Made by a program: the position numbers and the translations under genes. DNA of 64,000 nt. Origin: an uncultured bacterium. Lineage in GTDB: Bacteria; Babelota; Babeliae; Babelales; Babelaceae. The stretch lies in the NCBI GenBank assembly GCA_963722385.1, contig CAVRKK010000002.1:352001-416000 (forward strand). The letters are read 5' to 3'. The first letter of the stretch is position 1. The number at the start of each line of letters is the position of its first letter. The notes beneath the pieces are model-generated. The model was not told the DNA's origin. It worked only from the letters and a program-made list of their open reading frames with translations, and did not search any database. Positions 1 through 10,800 of this stretch are shown here, in pieces.

Positions 1-925
1 TGGACCCGTAGGTACCGTAGCAGGCGCAACTATAGGAAGCATGGTGGGCGGTGTGACCGGCGACGTTGCTGCTCTCTTTACTGCTGCTGGTGCAGGAGCA
101 AGCTTGTACCTCCTTTATGCAACCTTAAAGCCAACCGAGCAAGACTATGAAAAATTAAACGAGCTTCTTTTTAAAGCGGGCTATGTGCCTGAATATATTC
201 AAAAAGACCCGGGACTTTGGAATAAGGCGGTGGAGAAAATGAAAAGCTTGTTTTCATCTGAGGTCACTAATATGGTCAGGAATGCAGAAAAAGTAAAAGA
301 GGGCGTTGATCAAAAAATAGCTTGGGCCAATAAAGCACAAGAAGAGCTTTATGCGCAGCTTGGCCTTGAACCCAATGCGCGAGCCGCCGCGGTTGAAGCT
401 GGCTTTAAGCAAAAAGAAGAAGCGCTCAAAGGTCGGCTTTTCTTAAATCGGTGGCTTACCAAAAAGAACTTAACGCGAGACTATCGCCGTATGCTTAAAT
501 GCCATATCGAAGCACGCCGCGCCCAAATAGAATACAACAGTGTTCTTGTTGACATAGCTACTAAAATTATGGCTGATGTAGCACGGGAAAATACCGGCAT
601 CCTCGATGGCATCTGGAATTTAATTTGGGGTGCTAAAGAGGGAACACAAGAGAAACCAACCGCTGACAAATTGATCCAAACGGCGCGCGACACTATCGAT
701 GTATATCGCCGCCAAGTGGCCGATCTTATAGCTCTTGAAGCAATGATTGAAAAGGAGGCGGAGGACATTGGCAAAGCTGATCCTTTTGGTAAAGGAAACA
801 CGTTAATTGACGCATTTAGAGATCAGTTTAATAGTAGGGTCAGCAACTTAGAAATATCATACGTCGATAACGTTAATCTTCTGCTTGAGTCTCAAGGTAA
901 GAAAACGCTCAGCCTCCCTACCTAA
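1..925 (+). CDS. 3' part of a large secreted helical protein with glycine-zipper segment; paralog of 14742..18803, start lies upstream of the window
   Basis: nt 1-414 identical to 17882-18295, remainder highly similar; frame open from window start; the ATG at 41 is internal. Confidence 0.85.
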   Translation, partial: GPVGTVAGATIGSMVGGVTGDVAALFTAAGAGASLYLLYATLKPTEQDYEKLNELLFKAGYVPEYIQKDPGLWNKAVEKMKSLFSSEVTNMVRNAEKVKEGVDQKIAWANKAQEELYAQLGLEPNARAAAVEAGFKQKEEALKGRLFLNRWLTKKNLTRDYRRMLKCHIEARRAQIEYNSVLVDIATKIMADVARENTGILDGIWNLIWGAKEGTQEKPTADKLIQTARDTIDVYRRQVADLIALEAMIEKEAEDIGKADPFGKGNTLIDAFRDQFNSRVSNLEISYVDNVNLLLESQGKKTLSLPT

Positions 926-942
926 AAATTTGACTCTTAGAG

Positions 943-969
943 GGGAGGTGCGATTATAACGCATCTCCC
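943..969. terminator. Hairpin between convergent genes (likely bidirectional terminator)
   Basis: GGGAGGTGCG-attataa-CGCATCTCCC. Confidence 0.6.
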
Positions 970-1002
970 GGTAAGTTTTTGCTGAATTTAGAATTTAGCT
1001 TC

Positions 1003-4000
1003 CTAAAGCTCTGCTGGAACTGGTGCTGTCGCATAATTCACCGAGCCACCCGTGCGATGACGGTTAACAAAATATTTATAGGCAAAATAACCAGCGATAC
1101 CAGCTACAACTAACCCAGTAAGACCAGCAACCCCACCTACAATAGGTCCTGCGATTATAGCGATATTGGTCGAACCGCCATCACCTGAATTTTCTTGGCC
1201 CGCATTACTCAACCCAAAGACTTGGGCAATTGATACGTCATCAGAGTAAAAATTAGCAGTAGCAACAAGCGAGCTTCCATCTTCGGCGAGTTGCGGTGAA
1301 AAGACTATTGATACGCAATCCATGGAATCGCCTGGCAGAACATATGATGTACTGTTATGTATTATGCCGTTTGTTGTTTGCAAAAGAGCAATGGTACTCG
1401 AGCCACTGTTAGCGGTGGCAAACTGCGAAGCATCGGGCGAAAGAGCAATTGAACCAGGTTGGGCATTGCCTTGCGGTAGCTGGCGAGACTGGCCGTCGGA
1501 CAGCGAATTTCCTTGAACAAGGAAAAGAGAAATATCATCTGACCCACTGTTTGCGGCAACAACCACCGTGTTGCCATTGCTGTCCAAGAAAGAAATAACA
1601 GAAGCGGGGACGGAAGACCCGGTTGGTAGTGGCTTTGAACCGCTGTAATCTAACAGCCCATTTACAAGCTTAAAAAGCGAGATATCGTGCGACTTCGCAT
1701 TGGCAGTAACAAGGAAGTTGCTATCGGGTGTAAAGGTCAAAGCTACCGGTTGCGTAGAATTTATCAAAGAGTAAGAGAGGGGATTCTGCGGTGTTCCTGC
1801 AACTACTTTAAAGATTGTTACATCACTCGAGTTGCTGTTGGCGGTTGCAAGATAGGCATCATTTGGCGAAAAAGCAATTGCAACGGGAACGGTAGAGCCA
1901 GCGGGTAGTGTATACGAGCTAGCGTCAGCAAGCTTTCCAGCTACCATGTTAAAAAGAGTCACATCGCTCGAGTTACTATTAGCCGTTGCTAAGTAGCTGC
2001 TATTTGATGAGAAAGTTATCCCCTTAGGGTTTAACGAGCCGCCAGGGAGCGGATACGAAATACCCGGCAAGAGAGTGGTTGATTGAGCAGTTGCATTTAT
2101 TGCAAATAACGTCACATCATGTGAGTTATAGTTTGCTGTTGCTAAATATTGACCCTTGTTTGAAAATACAAGTGCATTAGGGCCTTGAGACTCTGGTGGT
2201 AAAGAAATAGAAGTTAACGGACTTTGAAAGCTACCGCACGTAAAAATTGTTATCACATAGGGGTTGTAGTTAGCCGTGGCAAGATACGAACCGTCTGATG
2301 AAAAGGCTAAGGATTTAGGGGTACTATAACCACCGGGTAAAGCATAAGAAGCGCTTTCTGACAATATTCCTGCTGCTCCCACGCTAAATATTGTTATATT
2401 GTTTGAGCTATTAGCAGTAACGAGATATAAACCATTTGGCGAAAATGCAATTGAGGTAGGCGCAAAAGAACCATTCGGTAAGGTATAAGATGTTTGTCCT
2501 GACAATATTCCTGCTGAGCCTACTTGAAACATTGTTACATCATGTGAGTTGTCATTAGCAGTAGCAAGATATAAACCATTTGGCGAAAATGCTATTGATT
2601 CAGGTTGAGCTGAGCCACTCGGTAAGGCATACGTGGTTCCTCCTGATAACCCCCCATTTGTCCCAACCTCAAAAATTGTTACGCTACTTGAGAGATAATT
2701 AGCAGTAGCGAGATAGGAACCATCGGGTGAATATGCAACTGAATAAGGGCCTGAATTGATTGTGGGCAAGGCATAAGAAATTGCCCCCGATAATGCCCCG
2801 TCTGGTCCAACCTGAAATATTGTTACATCATTTGAACCAAAGTTAGCACTGGCGAGATATAAACCATTCGGCGAAAATGCCACTGAGTATGGTTCAGAAG
2901 AACCTGAAGGCAGTGCATAAGAGATAGCATTACTCAGAGCACCCTCTGCCCCAACGGTAAATATTGTTACATCATTTGTGCTATGATTAGCAGTGGCAAG
3001 ATATGAACTGCTTGGAGAAAATGCTATTGAATAAGGATAACTATAAGCATTTGGCAAGCTATAAGATGTTCCTCCTGATACAACTCCATCCGTGTCTACC
3101 TGAAATATACTTACATTATCGGGAATACTATTAGCAGTAGCAAGATACAAACCGTTTGGTGAAAATGCGATTGAATAAGGATACGTAGGGCCGCTTGGTA
3201 ATGAATAAGAAGTTGCTCCAGATAATGTCCCTCCTATTCCCACTCGAAATACTACTACATCGTCGGCATCAGGGCTGGCAACAGCAAGATATAAGCCATT
3301 TGGTGAAAAGGCTATTGAATCACCATCATTGATGTATGGTAAGGAATAAGAGCTGCTCATTGATAAAGCTCCATTCGTACCTACTTGAAAAATGGTTACA
3401 TTTGAGGTATCAACAACGGCAAGATATGAGCTGTTTGGAGAAAAGGCCAATGAAGAAAGCCAACTGCCTGATAAAGCATACGAGGTTCCTCCTGATAATG
3501 CGCCTCCTGTTCCTACCTGAAAAATTGTTACATCATTTGAGTTATTACTCGTAGCAAAATATGAACCATTTGGAGAAAACACCAATGAAAGAATGCCAGA
3601 AGAACCACTTGGTAAAGCATAAGAAGCTCGGCCAGATAATGTTCCATCTATACCTACTTGAAAGATCGTTACAGCGCTCGAGTAATTATCAGCAGCAGCA
3701 AGATATAAACCGTTGGGAGAAAATGTAACTGAATAAATATAGCCAGAACCAGATGGCAAAGCATAAGAAGTTCCTCCCGATAATGTTCCTCCCATATCTA
3801 GTTGAAACACGGTTACATCATTTGAGGCATTAGCAGTAACAAGATGTAAACCATTAGGCGAAAATGCTATTGAAGAAGGCGATACAGAACCGAGCGGCAA
3901 AGAGTAGGAAACAGCATTTGATAACACTCCAGCATTTACCTGAAATAACGTAATATTGTTTGAAAAGGTATTAGCAGTGGCCAGGTAAGAGCCATTAGGC

Positions 4001-4278
4001 GAAAATGCTATCGATGCAGGGCTGCTGGCCCCAAATGGCAAGATATATGAAGTGCCATTTGACAAAGTGCCTCCTGCGCCTACAGCAAATACAGTTACGC
4101 CCCCGGTGGCAGTAACAACATAAGAACCATCAGGTGAAAACGCTATAGATTGAGGAGCTAGTCCCGCAGGGGAAGCATAGCTTGTTCCCGTTAGCCTGCA
4201 GATAGCCTGCATAGCAGGGCTAGAGAGGATAACAAAAGCTACCAGTAAAGCGGGGCACTTAAGGAAAAATTTAGGCAT
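1003..4278 (-). CDS. Membrane-anchored beta-propeller repeat protein (lactonase/YVTN-like, 21 blades), signal peptide, C-terminal TM
   Basis: ~49-aa repeats 'S(I/V)AFSPNGxYLATAN..SNDVTIF.VG..G.LS...SY.LP'; AGGAGA 7 nt before ATG at 4278 (preferred over 4350); C-terminal hydrophobic helix. Confidence 0.85.
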   Translation of the reverse strand: MPKFFLKCPALLVAFVILSSPAMQAICRLTGTSYASPAGLAPQSIAFSPDGSYVVTATGGVTVFAVGAGGTLSNGTSYILPFGASSPASIAFSPNGSYLATANTFSNNITLFQVNAGVLSNAVSYSLPLGSVSPSSIAFSPNGLHLVTANASNDVTVFQLDMGGTLSGGTSYALPSGSGYIYSVTFSPNGLYLAAADNYSSAVTIFQVGIDGTLSGRASYALPSGSSGILSLVFSPNGSYFATSNNSNDVTIFQVGTGGALSGGTSYALSGSWLSSLAFSPNSSYLAVVDTSNVTIFQVGTNGALSMSSSYSLPYINDGDSIAFSPNGLYLAVASPDADDVVVFRVGIGGTLSGATSYSLPSGPTYPYSIAFSPNGLYLATANSIPDNVSIFQVDTDGVVSGGTSYSLPNAYSYPYSIAFSPSSSYLATANHSTNDVTIFTVGAEGALSNAISYALPSGSSEPYSVAFSPNGLYLASANFGSNDVTIFQVGPDGALSGAISYALPTINSGPYSVAYSPDGSYLATANYLSSSVTIFEVGTNGGLSGGTTYALPSGSAQPESIAFSPNGLYLATANDNSHDVTMFQVGSAGILSGQTSYTLPNGSFAPTSIAFSPNGLYLVTANSSNNITIFSVGAAGILSESASYALPGGYSTPKSLAFSSDGSYLATANYNPYVITIFTCGSFQSPLTSISLPPESQGPNALVFSNKGQYLATANYNSHDVTLFAINATAQSTTLLPGISYPLPGGSLNPKGITFSSNSSYLATANSNSSDVTLFNMVAGKLADASSYTLPAGSTVPVAIAFSPNDAYLATANSNSSDVTIFKVVAGTPQNPLSYSLINSTQPVALTFTPDSNFLVTANAKSHDISLFKLVNGLLDYSGSKPLPTGSSVPASVISFLDSNGNTVVVAANSGSDDISLFLVQGNSLSDGQSRQLPQGNAQPGSIALSPDASQFATANSGSSTIALLQTTNGIIHNSTSYVLPGDSMDCVSIVFSPQLAEDGSSLVATANFYSDDVSIAQVFGLSNAGQENSGDGGSTNIAIIAGPIVGGVAGLTGLVVAGIAGYFAYKYFVNRHRTGGSVNYATAPVPAEL

Positions 4279-4522
4279 GTATTGATCTCCTGTTAGAGCT
4301 TGTCTGCAAATCGAAAGAAGAAAAAAGCTCATTTTTTCTTTCGAGAACATTATCGCTCATTTTTTTAATTTTTTATAGGGTACATTTGCTAAGTTGCATG
4401 AGGTACTGATGAGACTCAGAAGTGATTAAAAGCATATCACGAGCTATATAGTCATGCTAAATTGGTAGAGCGTCAAAGAAATGCAACATTAATGCTGTTA
4501 TTTTTGTATGGTGAAGGCACGC

Positions 4523-4552
4523 AGGGTCGGTCGGGATCAACCGACCGACCCT
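4523..4552 (-). terminator. Terminator-like hairpin after collagen-like gene
   Basis: Perfect 12-bp stem AGGGTCGGTCGG/CCGACCGACCCT. Confidence 0.6.
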
Positions 4553-4583
4553 ATCTTATGATCGCATTGAGTGCTTGATGGCC

Positions 4584-6800
<2,217 letters not shown>

Positions 6801-6997
6801 CTGCCTCTCCTTTTTTGTAAATTGTTTCTTGGCTTCATCAACGATTGAGCTTGCCTCAAAAATAGCTGATCGGGATCTCCTCTGTTTTTAAAAATTCTAC
6901 TTCATGCAGCAGAAGTATTTCAAATATCTCTTACGGTACTTTAATGCTTTGTTGCTATTTTCGCTCATATTACTTCCCGTATTTCTCATAACTAGGA

Positions 6998-7088
6998 GTC
7001 AACTGCCAAACGGCCTAAAAGTCGTGGCTTGCAGCTAAACACAGATGTTTGCTACGATAGGCTCATTGACTGATCCGGCCTTCGTAGC
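6998..7088 (-). mobile_element. IS200/IS605 (IS1341-like) right-end remnant / TnpB omega-RNA-like scaffold, no tnpA/tnpB
   Basis: Minus strand ...GTCAATGAGCCTATCGTAGC...TAGCTGCAAGCCACGACTTTTAGGCCGTTTGGCAGTTGAC resembles typical tnpB 3' ends with a subterminal hairpin and GTTGAC terminus. Confidence 0.65.
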
Positions 7089-7344
7089 CTTACTCAGTAA
7101 TACACCAGTATTCTCTTATATAAGCTTTAAATATAGACATGCTTATCTCTCCTTAGCGCCAGCCTGCAACTGGTGCTTCTTATCTGCTTAATGATCCCTA
7201 GATTATCAGCTTTATTTTTTTTGACTAGGAGCAGGTTGCTTCTTTAAACAAGCGAATGCTCAGCGTATTGATAGTGTTTAAGCCAAAAAAAGAGAATATG
7301 CACAATTACTTGTTTTTAAGATATAGTAAGCTTTAAAAAAAGAG

Positions 7345-7371
7345 CCCAGTAGAGCATTGAGCTCTACTGGG
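7345..7371 (-). terminator. Intrinsic terminator after orphan collagen C-terminal fragment
   Basis: CCCAGTAGAGC/GCTCTACTGGG stem followed by U-rich tract on minus strand. Confidence 0.7.
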
Positions 7372-7385
7372 GTTAAAATAATGAA

Positions 7386-7619
7386 TTAACCTATTCTTAT
7401 GATTGAGACAGTAGCTATAGGCGCATCTGCTGAAGTGCTATCTACATTTGGTATTTCACACAAAGATATACCTGTTGTTGAGAAGCAGCCCCATTGGAAG
7501 GTAAGGTCTGTTCCTCCTGTGTAATTGAGAATAAAGGTGTTTGATATCTCGGCTCCTCCTATATTTGACTCTGCTGAAGGAATATTTATGGATATCTGGC
7601 TTCCCGAATAGGTAGTACT
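7386..7619 (-). pseudogene. Start-less C-terminal domain of a second collagen-like paralog
   Basis: My translation ...GSQISINIP...EISNTFILNYTGGTDLTFQWGC...PIATVSIIRIG* aligns with GSYVGIP...[10 protein letters not shown]...ELFFEFAC...[12 protein letters not shown] of 4584..6800. Confidence 0.75.
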
Positions 7620-7865
7620 CCTTTGCTCTCTCTTTTCGATGGAACTATATTACTAATAGTGATTTTGATAAAATGATAGATGTCCGGTTCGAGTTCTCAG
7701 AAGTTGTGCACACCATCAAGAATCGAGAATCGTTGCTGATGAAAATAATTTGCTTAATCAATAAATATCGGGTAATATTCAATAAATTAAAGCGAGATAG
7801 GCAAGAAGTAAGGACTCGGTAGTAATGAGGGGTGTACGCAACCTTTTATTACGAGGACTGGCTTT

Positions 7866-10800
7866 ATGTTTATTAAGGCTTTCATACGGCATGCTCTTGT
7901 CTCTATTTTTTCTCTATTAGCAATAATATTTTGTCGAGCAAGCACGGAGCCCCGGGAGGGCTACCACGTAATTATTACGCGTGACGAACCGGCATCCCGC
8001 CACATACCTAAGCTGCGCGGCCAAGAGAGCCCAGAAAAAGCAACACACTGCAAGATCATGAAGAATGGTGAGCAGATTGCGCAGGCTGATGTTGTACATG
8101 AGGTGCGCGGTAAGTTCAAACAAACGGAAATGGCGAAGCCTTTTTCGCTCATAGACGCTCGTAATTTGCAGATACGCTTTCAGGAAGGTGATAACTGTTT
8201 TCATTTGTCGGTGGATCTCAAAGGCGATATCGCGATTCACCAACTTGAGATGGCTGATTCATTTTCGCTTGAGGTATCTGGCAGTAGCAGCATTACCAAC
8301 CAGACGCCGATTTCGCTTAAGAAAGACTTAGCGATTACTATGCCTCGAGGTGTTTTTTGGAGCGGCAGTAAGGCCCACTGGCATGTTGGCGGCCAAGCTG
8401 ACCTATCGTTTGAAGAGGGAGCGGTGGCGATTTGGGGAAGCTTTGATTCAACGGGTGATCTACGTATCAAAGCAAACCGCTATACACAGCCCTATGGCAA
8501 AGCGCAAAGAACTGAGGGTAACCGATACCGTGCTACCAATAGTAACGGATATCCCTGGACATGTGTTGAGTATGATATGGTATCGCCAAAACGCTCATTG
8601 GTGAGGTCGCAGGGGAATATCTCCCTTACTGCCAATCATGTTGGTATTTACGGCGGTATTCTGCATGCAAAAGAAAATATTATTGCTGATATTGACCAAA
8701 AGTTTGAGCTTCTAACGCAGTGTAATGATCATAAGCGTTGTGAGACCTATAAAGAAGATACTGGCTGGATCTTCAAAAACATGGTTACCCGAGCAGTGGC
8801 TGATTACTTTGAAAGCTGCGACGATGTAGCAATCCTGCAAGCGGGCAAAGATTTCAAGCTCATGCTTCAGGGCCAGCCGGTGAAGATACATGATATCAAG
8901 CACTATCCGGCATTTGAAAGCACAGGCCAGATTGTTATTGGGCAAGAGGCTCATGTCTCATCATCAAACAAGCAAGGGGTTATGCATAATCATAAGTCCG
9001 ACGTAGATGATCTGAGATCTTATGGCCCAATTTCTCTCTCATTTGCTCAGTTTATCGATCCCACCACTACCATTCTCTGTAATGACCCGCGCTTTATCTT
9101 TACCCATCCTTCACAAAAAGAGAGCACAGAAGAATGGCAGCCTGGCAATGAGCTTGCATTTTTTCATGGCACAACTTTGAACAAACCAGCTATGCTTCTC
9201 TCTTTTAGTTCTCAGGTAGAGATACTCTCTCGGCTTTTATTTGAGCTCGGCCTTCCCGCACTTGGGGGCGAAGGTGACTTTGCTACCCAACTCCGGGAGC
9301 TCCAACGTGCTGGCTATCTCGTAGCCCTTGTCAATGGTAGGAAAATAGGAAACATGAAGAAAAGGGAGCCGCTACCACGGGGACACAATAAACCGCGAAA
9401 GTCGTTGAAAGATCAGCCGCAAGAAACCAAGGTCGAATTGGCTGAGGAAGAAAAGCAAGAGCTCGCCAGACTTCTCAAGCGCTACAGCCATAAAATTAAT
9501 GGTTATCCTTCATGGCTCAAAAGCAAAATGACGGACGTACAAGAAGGCCAAAATCTTGGAATACTCACGCAAGAGCTTATACATGAGTTGCCATTTTCAT
9601 TTATCTATTACCAGGTTCAAAAATTCGATGGTGTTGATTGTTTAGTCCCTGTCCTTCATGTGTGTGCAGCAGACCGTGATGCCAATAAGCGTATGGGCTC
9701 TTTTCTTGCTCATGATGTTACTATTGATAAGATGCATCGAGTCGTCAACAAGGGCATGATTCGTGCCATTAATCGTGTAAAGATACAAGCAGATACGATT
9801 ATTAACAAAGCCAATAAGGTAAAAAAATACTCCGTGCGCACGCCGTTAGAAGGCGGTGATATTATTGGCTTTGATATCGAGCTTGAAGTTCCCCAAGATG
9901 CCGTTGGTAAAGCGGGTATTAAGAACATTGGTGGCTCTATTGTGGGCAAGCAGAAAGTATCGCTCTATGCCAAGCAGGGAGACATCACCAACACGGTTCT
10001 TTTGGGAAGCCATACCGTAACGTGGGACCCTGGCTTTTTTGGCAGGCTCTTTGGCCATCAAAGCTCTTCGGAAATAGTAGATTTTTATCCAGGAAACATT
10101 ACTTCTGAGGGCAATATTGAGCTTATAAGCGAGACGGGCAAGCTGTTTAATGAGGGATCGAAAATTATTGGCGCTCAGAATGTCCAGTTGAAAGCATACG
10201 GTGATGCCGTCTTTAAAACACTTACCAACAAGCATACATCATATAGCGGTACATCGCTGCAGGGCTTTTCGGTTAAGCAAGTGGTCAAAGAGGCGATGAC
10301 TATGGAGCGCTCAGAGATAGGTGCTGGAAAGAATCTTACGGTAGAGTCTACCAATGGTTCAATCAAAAGCTATGGTGCTTCTTTTACTGCCATCCGTGAT
10401 GCCTTGTTTAAGGCAAAAAAGAGTAATGATCTTGCCGTAGTGACCACAACGCTTAAAGGCGAGCAGAAGCAGCTGGGGCTTAATTTGTTTGGGCTCTATG
10501 CTACCAGCAAAAAGCATCTGAAGGACCATATAGTCAAAACAGAGATTAATGTTGGTGGCAAGGTAACCTTTGAGTCGGGCGAGGACAATGTGCTTGAGGC
10601 AGTGGTTGTGTATGCAGGTCAATCTATTCACTTAATCGCCAAGCGCAATAATATTATCAAAGGCGCCAAAGAGCGCTCATCATCAATGACTGATAGCTGG
10701 TCATTCGGTGTGACCTTTTTTGGCTCAGATGCTCTCGGTTTGCTTGCCGACGAAGAATATCGCAGAGCTTTGTGGGCGCTCAATGATGAGGACCCACTGC

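Noticed and set aside
415..925. Possible DGR template/variable repeat pair with 18296..18803
   Set aside because: Differences are not adenine-specific (many C/T and G/C synonymous changes) and no reverse transcriptase is in the window
1003..1020. C-terminal PAEL/GQEL/ADAL as KDEL-type ER retrieval signals
   Set aside because: Poor match to KDEL/HDEL, absent in the fourth paralog, and the tail would lie on the wrong side of the membrane
7224..7231. ACTAGGAG repeated at 6991 and 7224 as target duplication or guide target
   Set aside because: Only 8 nt; IS200/IS605 elements make no target duplication and no recognisable TAM is adjacent
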